Source: Candidatus Latescibacterota bacterium (GTDB lineage Bacteria > Latescibacterota > UBA2968 > UBA8231). Taken from it: a DNA stretch of 64,000 nucleotides. The DNA is taken from contig OZ241867.1 in NCBI GenBank assembly GCA_965203175.1, positions 5,152,001 through 5,216,000 on the forward strand, in the 5' to 3' direction. Below the pieces are notes generated by a model. The model was given only the letters and a program-made list of their open reading frames with translations. It was not told where the DNA came from and made no database searches. Shown piece after piece: positions 18,912-28,518 of the stretch; within the stretch, counting starts at the first letter, position 1; the number at the start of each line of letters is the position of its first letter. The position numbers and the translations under genes are program-made.

Positions 18912-20249
18912 GTGCCCAACGAAAAACCGAATGTCGTCCTCGTCTTCGCCGACCAATGGCGCGACCAAGCCTTCGGGTACGCCGGCGATCCCAATGTGCA
19001 AACCCCCAATTTGGACGCTCTGGCGCGCCGCAGCATCAACTGCACCCACGCGGTGTCTGGCTGCTCGGTGTGCTCGCCGGCGCGAGCCTCGCTCCTGACT
19101 GGTCAATACCCCCTCACGCACGGCGTCTTCGTCAACGACGTAGAGCTGGGCCAAGACGCCACGAGCCTCGCACAGGCTTTTAGCGCGGGCGGCTACGACA
19201 CGGCTTACATCGGCAAATGGCACGTCAATGGCCGCGGCCGCTCCAGCTATATTCCGCCCGAGCGGCGGCAGGGCTTCGAGTACTGGAAAGTGCTCGAATG
19301 CACCCACAACTACAACCATTCCGCGTACTATGCCGGCGACTCGGACGAACAGCTCGTATGGGAGGGCTACGACGCCTTGGCCCAGACCCGCGACGCTCAA
19401 GCGTACCTGCGCGGTCGCGGAGACAAACCCTTCTTACTGGTCCTATCGTGGGGACCGCCGCACGCCCCCTATCACACAGCCCCGGAAGAGTACCAAGCCC
19501 TGTACGATCCAGCCGCTATCGCCCTGCGGCCCAACGTGCCACCCGACTGGGCCAAATCCGCGCGGCAGTGGCTCGCCGGGTACTACGCCCATTGCACAGC
19601 CTTGGACGACTGCGTCGGCATGTTGCTCCAGACCTTGCAGGAGGAAGGGCTGGAGCAAGAGACGATCTTTCTGTTCTTCTCAGACCACGGCGACATGCTC
19701 GGCTCGCAGGGCATGGACAAAAAGCAAAAGCCCTATGAAGAATCCATCCGCGTGCCGTTCCTGCTGCGCTATCCGGGCATGGACGCGGCCGAGCTCGACG
19801 CGCTGATCGACCTGCCCGACATCATGCCGACCCTGCTGGGCCTGTGCGGCCTACCGATTCCTGTCACCGTAGAGGGAATCGACTTTTCCGCGTACCTACG
19901 AGGCGGCCCAGATCCCTCGGACGGCACCGCGCTCTTGCAGTGTCCCCATCCCTTTGGGCAGTGGTGGACCGGCGTTGGCGGCCGATCCTACCGGGGCCTG
20001 CGCTCCCGCCGCCACACGTACGTGCGCGCCCTAGAGGGGCCGTGGCTGCTCTACGACAACGAGGCCGATCCTTTCCAACAGGACAACCTCGTCGGCCAAC
20101 CCAGCCAGCAGGAGTTGCTCGACGAATTAGACGCGGCCCTCACGCACCGCCTCGCTGAGGCCAACGATTCCTTCCTCCCCGGCCCAGCCTATCTCGAGCG
20201 CTGGGGATACCAAGTAGATGCGCGAGGAACCGTGCCTTATACTGATTGA
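18912..20249 (+). CDS. Sulfatase (Cys-type)
   Basis: KPNVV..FADQ, CSPARAS.LTG, GKWH, PPH, SDHG. Confidence 0.93.
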   Translation: MPNEKPNVVLVFADQWRDQAFGYAGDPNVQTPNLDALARRSINCTHAVSGCSVCSPARASLLTGQYPLTHGVFVNDVELGQDATSLAQAFSAGGYDTAYIGKWHVNGRGRSSYIPPERRQGFEYWKVLECTHNYNHSAYYAGDSDEQLVWEGYDALAQTRDAQAYLRGRGDKPFLLVLSWGPPHAPYHTAPEEYQALYDPAAIALRPNVPPDWAKSARQWLAGYYAHCTALDDCVGMLLQTLQEEGLEQETIFLFFSDHGDMLGSQGMDKKQKPYEESIRVPFLLRYPGMDAAELDALIDLPDIMPTLLGLCGLPIPVTVEGIDFSAYLRGGPDPSDGTALLQCPHPFGQWWTGVGGRSYRGLRSRRHTYVRALEGPWLLYDNEADPFQQDNLVGQPSQQELLDELDAALTHRLAEANDSFLPGPAYLERWGYQVDARGTVPYTD

Positions 20250-20251
20250 AC

Positions 20252-21274
20252 ATGTCCCCATCCTTTCTCTACTCATCCTTCGCGGCCTCAGCTCTCTTCT
20301 CAGCGGCCTGCTCGTCATCGCCCAGCGACTCGCCCTCGTCAGCTTGTGGTGACGGGCAGGTGCTCCGAGTCGGGTTCTACGCCTTTTTCGCGCCGGTCAG
20401 CTACAGCGCAGACCCAGAGCCGGGCACGGCCGGATTCGACGAGCACCTCGGATACGAAGCGGATTTGTTGAGTGCCCTAGAGGCCATGGAGGGAGCGGGA
20501 CTGTCCTTTGCACGCCGCGGCATCGCCGTGTGGGACGATATATGGCTTCAATCGGCTGGGCCGGAGTACGACTTGGTCGGTGGCGGCATTACCATCCTCG
20601 ACTCCCGTACCCGCAATGCGGCAGGCGAACACGTTGTAAACTTTACGTCTGGGCACATTACCTTTCGGCAATCACTGCTGGTGCGGGCCGAAGACACCGA
20701 GCGCTTCGCCAGCCACAGCGACCTGACTAGCGAAGATCGGGTGGGCGTGCTAAGAGGCACCACGGGCGAGTTCCGCCTGCTGGAGCTAACGGGCTTCGTC
20801 AATGCCAACGGTGCACTCGCCTCCGGTACGCGCATCGAGACGGGCGCGGGCGAGGCTGTAGCCGACGGCACAGCCGCTTACACCATCACCCCGGCCGGCG
20901 CATCGTCCAATCTCGCTGGACGGCTGCGACTAGAGCCGCCCAACTCCGACATGCCGCAAGTGGTTTACCTCGGGCAAGAGACCGGCGAGGTGGAACTGCT
21001 AGAGGCCCTAGAAAACGGCACCATTGACGCCGTGGCTCGCGGAGAAATTGGCAACCGCGACGCGAGCTACGCTTCCAACAGCGCGTTTGTGGTCGTAGCG
21101 CTCGACGAGGCTACCGAGCAGGGCGGGTTCTCGCTTTCCGCAGAGGACGCCGACCTAGCGGCCTGCATAGACGAAAAAATCAACTATCTGACCGATGGCC
21201 AACGCATTGGCTATGGAGGTTGGCGCGCCGATCCAGCGGTTTTCGCGGAGCGCGCCCAACAGTGGAACCCCTAA
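20252..21274 (+). CDS. Amino-acid-type solute-binding lipoprotein (SBP family 3-like)
   Basis: Lipobox FSAAC; GYEADL, GITI..SR, VGVLRGTTGE, G.IDA. Confidence 0.72.
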   Translation: MSPSFLYSSFAASALFSAACSSSPSDSPSSACGDGQVLRVGFYAFFAPVSYSADPEPGTAGFDEHLGYEADLLSALEAMEGAGLSFARRGIAVWDDIWLQSAGPEYDLVGGGITILDSRTRNAAGEHVVNFTSGHITFRQSLLVRAEDTERFASHSDLTSEDRVGVLRGTTGEFRLLELTGFVNANGALASGTRIETGAGEAVADGTAAYTITPAGASSNLAGRLRLEPPNSDMPQVVYLGQETGEVELLEALENGTIDAVARGEIGNRDASYASNSAFVVVALDEATEQGGFSLSAEDADLAACIDEKINYLTDGQRIGYGGWRADPAVFAERAQQWNP

Positions 21275-21289
21275 ACAAAGGAGTACGAC

Positions 21290-22276
21290 ATGTATAAATC
21301 TGGAGTCATTGGCTGCCGCGGCATTGGCGTGGCCCACGCCACTGGGATTGTCGGGTCGGACCGCGCCAGCCTCGTGGCGGCTTGTGACCTCGACGAAGAA
21401 ACCCTTCGCGAGTTCGAGCAACGCTGGCCGGACGCGAACCTCACCCTGTACCGCGATCACCGCGAGATGCTCGACCGCGAATCGCTGGACATCGTCACCG
21501 TCGCCACCTCGGATCACCGCCACGCCGACCTAGTCGTCGATGCGGCCAACGCCGGGGCCAAGGGAATCTTCTGTGAAAAGCCGCTGGCCACCAGCCTCGC
21601 GGACGCCGACCGCATGATCGCTGCCTGCGACGCCAACAACACCACCCTGTCGGTCGATCACACCCGGCGCTTCATCCCCCTGTGGCGCTACGCCAAAGAA
21701 GAGATCGTCGATCAAGGCGTCATCGGCCCAGTGCAATACGTCATCGGCACACTCTCTGGCCCGCGCGCCATGCTCTTCCGCAACGGCACCCACACCCTCG
21801 ACGCTATCTGCTACTACGCAGGCGAGCAGCCTCAGTGGGTGGTAGCCGAACTGGAGGAAGGATACGAGGACTACGCCGAGTACCGCGGCGACGGCGGCCA
21901 CGTACCAGCCACCGAACCAGGAGCCAACGGATACATCCACTTTTCTGGGGGTGTGCGGGGCTTCTACATCGGCGGCTCTAAAACCACGCCAGCGCCCAAG
22001 CAACAACTCGAAGTGGTCGGCACTACCGGACGACTAATTATGGTCAGCGACGGCGGCACCTTGTATCGCGGCGAAGAGCCAGAACCCCTCGCGCCGCCGA
22101 CTTGGCCGGTCGAGGGCATTCCCGCCGGTATTCACGAGCTGATCGCAGCCATGGACCAAGGCGTCGAGTCAGTGTCGCCGGGGCGGGCGGGGCACACCGT
22201 AGTAGAACTGATCATCGGGTTTTTAGAATCGCAAAAGCAGGGCAACGTGCCGGTGCCCATTCCGGTGCCGAGGTAA
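21290..22276 (+). CDS. Gfo/Idh/MocA family oxidoreductase
   Basis: VIGCRGIG, CEKPLA, HTRR, GTH..D. Confidence 0.92.
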   Translation: MYKSGVIGCRGIGVAHATGIVGSDRASLVAACDLDEETLREFEQRWPDANLTLYRDHREMLDRESLDIVTVATSDHRHADLVVDAANAGAKGIFCEKPLATSLADADRMIAACDANNTTLSVDHTRRFIPLWRYAKEEIVDQGVIGPVQYVIGTLSGPRAMLFRNGTHTLDAICYYAGEQPQWVVAELEEGYEDYAEYRGDGGHVPATEPGANGYIHFSGGVRGFYIGGSKTTPAPKQQLEVVGTTGRLIMVSDGGTLYRGEEPEPLAPPTWPVEGIPAGIHELIAAMDQGVESVSPGRAGHTVVELIIGFLESQKQGNVPVPIPVPR

Positions 22277-22296
22277 CAACCGACCCGGTTAGATCC

Positions 22297-22327
22297 GTAG
22301 GGGCGTCCCTCGTGGACGCCCTTTTTA
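22297..22327 (+). terminator. GTAG-prefixed hairpin followed by a T-run (terminator or REP-like)
   Basis: GTAG-GGGCGTCC-ctcgt-GGACGCCC-TTTTT between convergent genes. Confidence 0.65.
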
Positions 22328-22332
22328 TTTCT

Positions 22333-22698
22333 CTAGCCCAACTCCACGAGCACCCGGCTATCCTCCACGCGCACTGAATAAGTCCGCACCCGTATCTTCT
22401 CGGGCTCGCAGAGCGAGCGTCCCGTGCGCACGTCGTATTCCCAGCCGTGCCACGGGCAACTCAGGATCTCGCCCGCGCGTCCCAAGACAACCTCGTCCCC
22501 CGGATGCCGCGCCAACGCCGTACCCCCAACCCGACCATCCGACAGCCGTGCCCCTTGATGCGGGCAAATATCGCGCAGCGCGTACCAGGCATCCCCCTGC
22601 CGCACGATAGCTAAGCCCCGCCCCTCGACCTCGACCCGGCGGACCTCGCCGTCGGCAAAGGCGTCGACCGGCCCTACGTCAACGCGCCGCAAAGCCAT
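22333..22698 (-). CDS. Rieske [2Fe-2S] ferredoxin
   Basis: CPHQG ... CPWHGWEYD; overlaps the stop of the upstream gene. Confidence 0.92.
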   Translation of the reverse strand: MALRRVDVGPVDAFADGEVRRVEVEGRGLAIVRQGDAWYALRDICPHQGARLSDGRVGGTALARHPGDEVVLGRAGEILSCPWHGWEYDVRTGRSLCEPEKIRVRTYSVRVEDSRVLVELG

Positions 22699-23773
22699 AA
22701 AATGCCTCGGCATTATCGACCATGATGCCCCGGCGCATCGCGCCGTCAATCGCCGGCGGCAGAGCGCGGGTTGGCGAGTCAAAGTCCCAATGCGGATAAT
22801 CCGTGGCGAACATCAAGAAATCCTCGCAGCCGATCATGTCGATGATCTGCAACAAGTGCTGGGGGTCGTCTGGCTCTTCCATGGGCTGGGTCGTGGAGCG
22901 GCAGTGCTCGCGGATGTATTCGCTGGGCCGCTTCTCCAGCCACGGCACCTCGCTGCGCAGGCCCCGGTAGTTTTTGTCCAGCCGCCACATCAGCCCAGGC
23001 AACCACGCAAATCCCCCCTCGACAAGCGCGACGCGCAGCTCCGGGAACTCGCAGAACACCCCTTCGCAAACAAGGCTAATGACCTGCGCCTCAAAGGCTT
23101 GCGACATGGCCGTGTGATCTTCGATGTAATAGGAAGGCCAGCCGCAGGCCGTGATGGGCTGGCCGCTGCCGCCGAAGTGGATTCCCACCGGCAGACCGAC
23201 CTCGCAGGCCGCAGCAAAAATCGGCCGGAACTGCCGCTTGCCATACGGCACGCTCGACCGCACCAACAGCAGCGCCTGCACAAAGCGCGAATCCGCTGCC
23301 GCCCGCTTGATTTCCTCGGCCGCCGCCGCCGGGTCGTTGGCATTGACCACAATCGATCCGCGCCAGCGCGGATCGTGGTCGAGCCAAGCGTGCGCGGTCC
23401 ACTCGTTGACTGCCCGCATCAGCGCATTGGCAAAGTCGAGGTTGTGCACAGACGTCATGCCGTAGAGCGGATTGAGCACGGCTATGTCAATGTCCCAGGC
23501 GTCGAGCAACTGGGTGCGGGCAAAATCCGGATCGCCGCCCGGCCTTAAGCCCGAAGGCGGCCAAGCATCGCGCCGCGCAGCTTGCGCAAAACCCTTGGGA
23601 TAGGTCGGCCCGGACGGGCCGCTAAACCCGGATTGCCGCACGTACGCCTGCCAGCGCGCCGACAAATAGGGCATGAGATCGTCGATGGAGTTCGGGTAGT
23701 TGTGGACGTCGCAGTCGATCAGCGAAACTTCAGTCGAGGACGCGACTTGGACGGCGTATTCAGTTTGGGACAT
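22679..23773 (-). CDS. Amidohydrolase_2-fold protein, probable dinuclear metal oxygenase
   Basis: [41 protein letters not shown]; coupled to a Rieske gene. Confidence 0.85.
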   Translation of the reverse strand: MSQTEYAVQVASSTEVSLIDCDVHNYPNSIDDLMPYLSARWQAYVRQSGFSGPSGPTYPKGFAQAARRDAWPPSGLRPGGDPDFARTQLLDAWDIDIAVLNPLYGMTSVHNLDFANALMRAVNEWTAHAWLDHDPRWRGSIVVNANDPAAAAEEIKRAAADSRFVQALLLVRSSVPYGKRQFRPIFAAACEVGLPVGIHFGGSGQPITACGWPSYYIEDHTAMSQAFEAQVISLVCEGVFCEFPELRVALVEGGFAWLPGLMWRLDKNYRGLRSEVPWLEKRPSEYIREHCRSTTQPMEEPDDPQHLLQIIDMIGCEDFLMFATDYPHWDFDSPTRALPPAIDGAMRRGIMVDNAEAFYGFAAR

Positions 23774-23795
23774 GGTAGTAATTGGTGGTGAAGGG

Positions 23796-23823
23796 TTTCT
23801 AGTTTCTAGTTTCTAGTTTCTAG
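23796..23823. repeat. Perfect heptamer tandem repeat (TTTCTAG)x4
   Basis: Read directly; lies in a divergent intergenic region. Confidence 0.9.
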
Positions 23824-23914
23824 AAGAATGGGTGCGAACATGGGCTACGTCAACTCCTCGTGCGCGGGACGAGCAGATTTGTTCGCCAACCTCGTTTAGT
23901 TATAATATCCCCCT

Positions 23915-25240
23915 ATGCCTACATCACTTGACGACCTCGAAGCGCGCTATCGCTGCGCCACTCCGCGCTCCCGCGCCCTTTTTGAGCAGGGCCGTTCCTA
24001 TACGGCCGGTGCGGCCAAAGGCGCGTATTACTATCCGCCCTATCCACTCACCATGGCCCGCGGCCAAGGCTGTTACCTATGGGATGTCGATGGCCGGCGC
24101 TACGTCGATTGCGCCAACCACCACACGGCCCAAGTGCTCGGACACGGAAACGAGCGCGTAGAAGCGGCCGTGCGCGAGCAAATGCAAAAGGGCATTGCCT
24201 TGGGCGCACCCATTGGCATTGAGAGCGAGATCGCCCGCGCAATGTGCGACCGGGTGGATGCGCTGGAGCGGATTCGCTTTGTCAACTCTGGGACCGAGGC
24301 CACGCTGCACGCGATTCGCTTGGCGCGGGGCTACACCAAGCGCGGCAAAATCGCCAAGTTCGAGGGCGGCTACCACGGCAGCCACGACGCCGTGGAAGTC
24401 AGCGTAGCTCCGCCCCTCGATCAAGCTGGCCCCTCAGACGCGCCCATCGCAGTGCCAACAGCCGGCGGCATGTCCCCGTCAGCCGCGTCCGAAGCCGTCA
24501 TCCTCCCCTACAGCGACCCCGAAGCCGTCGAACGGCTCGTCGCTGAGCACGCCAGCGAACTCGCCTGCGTCCTCTTCGATCCCAAGGCTGGCGTTCTGGA
24601 CATCCAGCCGGATTTTGCCCGCGCCGTGCGCGACATCACCCGCCGCCACGGAATCATGCTCATCCTCGACGAAATCGTTGGGTTCCGCACAGCCACGGGC
24701 GGCTTACAGGGCCTGTACGGCATCGACCCGGACCTGAGTTGCTTTGGCAAAATCGTCGGCGGTGGCTTTCCAGTCGGAGCCTTTGGCGGCCGGGCCGACC
24801 TGATGGACCTGTTCGACAACTCGCAGCAATCCACCGGCCTTTTCCAAAGCGGCACCTTCAGCGCGCATCCCGTGGCTATGGCCGCCGGCTTGGCGACCCT
24901 GAGCGAGCTGACGCCGCAAACCATCGACCATTTGAACGCACTCGGAGCGCGCTTAAAAGACCAACTCAACGCGCTCTTTACCGATCGTGCAATCGCCGCC
25001 CAAGTGGTCTGCACGGGGTCGGTCTTCAGCATCTACTTCGCCCGCGGCCCCATCGCCAACTACCGCGACCTCGCCGCCACCGACAAAACCCTCATTCAAC
25101 CGCTCTTTCTCTCGCTCATCGAACAGGGGTACTTCCTCGGCCCAGGGCTGGGCATGTGCGCGCTTTCTGCGCCCATGGAAGCCGGGCACATCGACGGCTT
25201 AGTCGCCGCGGTAGGGAACGCGCTGACAGAGATAACCTAA
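23915..25240 (+). CDS. Class III PLP aminotransferase (glutamate-1-semialdehyde aminomutase-like)
   Basis: NSGTEAT, FEGGYHG, LILDEI..GFR, FGKIVGGGFP, SGTF. Confidence 0.9.
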   Translation: MPTSLDDLEARYRCATPRSRALFEQGRSYTAGAAKGAYYYPPYPLTMARGQGCYLWDVDGRRYVDCANHHTAQVLGHGNERVEAAVREQMQKGIALGAPIGIESEIARAMCDRVDALERIRFVNSGTEATLHAIRLARGYTKRGKIAKFEGGYHGSHDAVEVSVAPPLDQAGPSDAPIAVPTAGGMSPSAASEAVILPYSDPEAVERLVAEHASELACVLFDPKAGVLDIQPDFARAVRDITRRHGIMLILDEIVGFRTATGGLQGLYGIDPDLSCFGKIVGGGFPVGAFGGRADLMDLFDNSQQSTGLFQSGTFSAHPVAMAAGLATLSELTPQTIDHLNALGARLKDQLNALFTDRAIAAQVVCTGSVFSIYFARGPIANYRDLAATDKTLIQPLFLSLIEQGYFLGPGLGMCALSAPMEAGHIDGLVAAVGNALTEIT

Positions 25241-25253
25241 CAGGGAACAAACC

Positions 25254-26018
25254 ATGTCCGTACTCAGCCCCGAACAAATCGCCCAGTACCAGCAAGACGG
25301 GTACACCATCTTGCGCAATGCCCTCTCCGTAGAAGACGTGAGTGAGCTTCGCACCCACCTCGAAGGGATTGCCTCGGGTGACCTGCCCTTCCCAGAGGCG
25401 AACATCGAGTTCGATCCCAACGCGCCCCGGCAACGCCACATCGATCACTTGCGCAAGATCAACGGCCCGTCCGATTGCGATCCGTTCTTCCGCGACCACG
25501 CCGTGCGGGAGCCCCTCCTCACCGCAGCCGCCGACCTGCTCGGTCCAGACCTCAAGCTCTACGGCGACCAAGTTTTTATCAAGGGGCCGGGCGGCCTAGA
25601 AAAGACCTATCACCAAGACTCCGCGTATTTCCACATCGAGCCGATGGCCCTCGCCACCGCTTGGGTCGCCTTAGACGATGTAACCCTTGAAAACGGCTGC
25701 TTGTGGGTCGTGCCGGGCAGCCACCGCGAGGGGCTAGTTGACCACAGCGAGGTGTGGATGGTCGGCGATCGGCAAGACAAGAAAGTTCCCGACGCAGCTA
25801 TCGACAGCCAGCGCGAACAGCCCATCCTGCTGCAAGCGGGCGACTGTTCCTTCCACCACAGTCTGCTCCTGCACCGCTCCGGCCCCAACCAGACGACGAC
25901 GCGCCGCCGCGGCATGGCCACCCACTACATGAGCGCCCGCTCGCGTTGGACAGGTGTTCCCCAAGACAAACCCGACTATCCCCTGTTGCGGGGACAAGAA
26001 CACGCTGGCTGTGTCTGA
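25254..26018 (+). CDS. Phytanoyl-CoA dioxygenase (PhyH) family protein
   Basis: YHQDSAYF, ENGCLWVVPGSH, LLHRSGPN...RRR. Confidence 0.92.
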   Translation: MSVLSPEQIAQYQQDGYTILRNALSVEDVSELRTHLEGIASGDLPFPEANIEFDPNAPRQRHIDHLRKINGPSDCDPFFRDHAVREPLLTAAADLLGPDLKLYGDQVFIKGPGGLEKTYHQDSAYFHIEPMALATAWVALDDVTLENGCLWVVPGSHREGLVDHSEVWMVGDRQDKKVPDAAIDSQREQPILLQAGDCSFHHSLLLHRSGPNQTTTRRRGMATHYMSARSRWTGVPQDKPDYPLLRGQEHAGCV

Positions 26019-26044
26019 GCCATCTCCTCCAACCGAAGTGAATA

Positions 26045-27193
26045 TTAGTATTGTAATTCCACTACATAGATAGCCATGTGCGGTAAACCGGCAATATAGT
26101 GATCTTGTTCACGAGTTGAGCAGAATGCCAACTTGGTCCCATCCGGCGACCAAGCTGGGGCCGCGTCGTCACTTGGATGCTCGATCAATTTTTGTGTTCT
26201 CTGTCCATCCGCAGAAATGACGTAAAGGTCTGATTGATCATCACCACGTAGCTCATGAAAAGCGATGTAACGGCCATCAGGAGACCATGCCGGAGCATAT
26301 GTCCACCCGTCCCCGTATGTCAACCTACGTACAGTTTGCCCGTCTAAATCCACAACATAAAGGTCTGATGGGCGGCCATCCCGTTGGGATATAAAAGCCA
26401 TCTGCGCCCCATCTGGGGACCATGCCGGTTCGCCGTCCCAACGCGGACTAGGAGCAAGCCAGCGCACGTTAGTACCGCTTGTATCTATCACGCCCACTTC
26501 ATAGTAATTCCAAAAGGCGATTTGGAGCCCATCCGGGGACCATTCTGGCATACCGCCGCCGTAAATGCGCCGCTTATTCCCCCCATCTTCGGCATCCATC
26601 ACGTAAATAGCGTCACCGCCGTCACGGTCAGAAGTAAAGACAATTTGCGTTCCATCCGGGGACCATGCCGGTTCATAGTCATCATGCCCACTATGGGTTA
26701 GTCTCCGTAGACTGCTCCCGTCTACATCCATGACGTACACATCTGAATGGAGCCTTAAACTGCCTGATACATGCGTGTAGGTGAAGGCAATCTGTGTTCC
26801 GTCAGGGGACCAAGCAGGGGAGTATGCTCTTGCTTTTCCGATATCAGTCAACCTCGTAATGGTTCCGGCCATCGGCCAGCCTGTCTCCGTTGCCGAGGAG
26901 GGCTCTGCGGACGCATCGGCCTGTTCCCCGTCTGTGTCGGGCGTTTCGGCCGGCGTCTCGCTCGCGGTGCTGTCTGGGGGTGTCTGGTCGGTGCTGTCCG
27001 GGGACGTATGCGCCCCTTGCCCTTCTGCTATGGTGTACTTTTCATCGCCAAGAAAGCCGCACAAGGGGCAATCGTCGGTGAGAGCCTTGCCGGCGGGGGT
27101 GGATGCAATGGGCGACTCTTGCGAACAGGATAGGATCCAGACTGCGCCGATGATTGTGAGCACGGCGGTAGCGCTGCGGGTGGTCGGCGGCAT
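26045..27193 (-). CDS. TolB-like PD40 six-bladed beta-propeller lipoprotein
   Basis: Lipobox ILSC; six P.WSPDG..(I/L/M).F repeats. Confidence 0.88.
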   Translation of the reverse strand: MPPTTRSATAVLTIIGAVWILSCSQESPIASTPAGKALTDDCPLCGFLGDEKYTIAEGQGAHTSPDSTDQTPPDSTASETPAETPDTDGEQADASAEPSSATETGWPMAGTITRLTDIGKARAYSPAWSPDGTQIAFTYTHVSGSLRLHSDVYVMDVDGSSLRRLTHSGHDDYEPAWSPDGTQIVFTSDRDGGDAIYVMDAEDGGNKRRIYGGGMPEWSPDGLQIAFWNYYEVGVIDTSGTNVRWLAPSPRWDGEPAWSPDGAQMAFISQRDGRPSDLYVVDLDGQTVRRLTYGDGWTYAPAWSPDGRYIAFHELRGDDQSDLYVISADGQRTQKLIEHPSDDAAPAWSPDGTKLAFCSTREQDHYIAGLPHMAIYVVELQY

Positions 27194-27358
27194 GGGTCAG
27201 TCTCCTTGGGCAAGTGGGACGGGCTTCGTCGGCGGGCTAACTTTACCAAGCACGATCGCGCCCGTCAAGCTCTTGGTGCCGGTTGGCACGGGTAACCGGC
27301 ATCGGGGGCGACGAGGCATTGGTCCACCACGAGTTTCAAACCCGATGTTCTCACCGGG

Positions 27359-27388
27359 TTGACGCTCTTGAGCAGCTTAGTGTATAAT
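27359..27388 (+). promoter_or_regulatory. Sigma70-like promoter upstream of the SGNH hydrolase
   Basis: TTGACG-N18-TATAAT, about 55 bp before the ATG. Confidence 0.55.
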
Positions 27389-27442
27389 CCCCAGACGATC
27401 ACGGCCATCGCCGACGAGTAATCCCAACCAAGAGGAATACCC

Positions 27443-28087
27443 ATGAGCCAATACTGGATTGAAGACGGACAAACGCTGCTGTTCATCGGCGACAGCATCA
27501 CCGACTGCGGTCGTCGCGGTGCCGAAGCCCCGCTGGGCAACGGGTACGTACGCCTGTTCACCGAGTTGGCCACGGCCCGCTTCCCCGAGCGGCGGGTCCG
27601 CTACATCAACAAAGGCATCGGCGGCAACCGCGTCACCGACCTAGCCGACCGCTGGCGGGACGACGTGATCTATCACCGGCCGGACCGGCTGTCCGTCAAA
27701 ATCGGCATCAACGACCTGCACAGCCATTTGCGCGGGGCCGAAGACGGCGTGGATCCGGCCCGCTTCGCTGCCGTCTATGAACAGATACTAGAGATTACCC
27801 AAAACGAACTGGGCTGTCCCCTCGTATTGCTCACTCCGTTTTACATTTCCACCGACCACAACGGTCAAACCTTCCGCAGCCAAGTGCTCGAACTATTGCC
27901 TCGCTACATCGAAGTAGTGGAACAGCTAGCCGAGCGCTTTGACGCCCGCCTAGTGCGCCTGCACGATATCTTCCAACAACAACTCCAGTACCGCGACGCC
28001 GATACCTTCTGTCCAGAACCAGTCCACCCCAACCAAGCCGGACATTTGGTGATAGCCCAAGCCCTGATGGACACCTTGACCGCGTAG
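27443..28087 (+). CDS. SGNH/GDSL hydrolase
   Basis: FIGDSITD, NKGIGG, IGIND, EPVHPN..GH. Confidence 0.92.
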   Translation: MSQYWIEDGQTLLFIGDSITDCGRRGAEAPLGNGYVRLFTELATARFPERRVRYINKGIGGNRVTDLADRWRDDVIYHRPDRLSVKIGINDLHSHLRGAEDGVDPARFAAVYEQILEITQNELGCPLVLLTPFYISTDHNGQTFRSQVLELLPRYIEVVEQLAERFDARLVRLHDIFQQQLQYRDADTFCPEPVHPNQAGHLVIAQALMDTLTA

Positions 28088-28120
28088 AGGGGTTGGTAGT
28101 GTTTGAAATTTAGGTATTAA

Positions 28121-28166
28121 AAGCGCTCCGACTCTCAAGGTGAGTTGGGGCGCTTTTCTTTTTTTG
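28121..28166 (+). terminator. Rho-independent terminator
   Basis: AAGCGCTCCGACTC...GAGTTGGGGCGCTT stem followed by a long T-tract. Confidence 0.8.
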
Positions 28167-28232
28167 TTCTTTTTTGCAAAAACCATAGAAAAATCATAGC
28201 AATGGCCTCTACAATTATAGATAAGTCACGTC

Positions 28233-28260
28233 TAAATCCTTGCTTAAATCCTTGCTTAAA
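28233..28260. repeat. 12-bp tandem repeat TAAATCCTTGCT x2.3 in AT-rich upstream region
   Basis: Read directly. Confidence 0.75.
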
Positions 28261-28518
28261 CCCCTTATTTACATTATTTTAGGATTGTATCGTAGAGCGC
28301 GTAGCACGCCTTGATTTCAAATAGCAACTCCAATAAAACCACCACATCCACCTGCTGACCCCTCTCAAACGCAATATGCAGCCCACCCCGGCGCGCAAGC
28401 CCTATCAATCTGCGTATGGCTCAATATACGCCTCAAACGAAAACCACTGGATTTGGAAGGACTCGTACAAGTTTAAAAGTCACACATCACGTTTAAACAG
28501 TTAAACAGGAGAACGCGC

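Noticed and set aside
23915-25240. Calling the gene hemL
   Set aside because: The family motif is present, but the context is catabolic and the sequence is divergent, so the symbol is not supportable
26045-27193. Calling the gene tolB
   Set aside because: It lacks the TolB N-terminal domain and tol-pal neighbours
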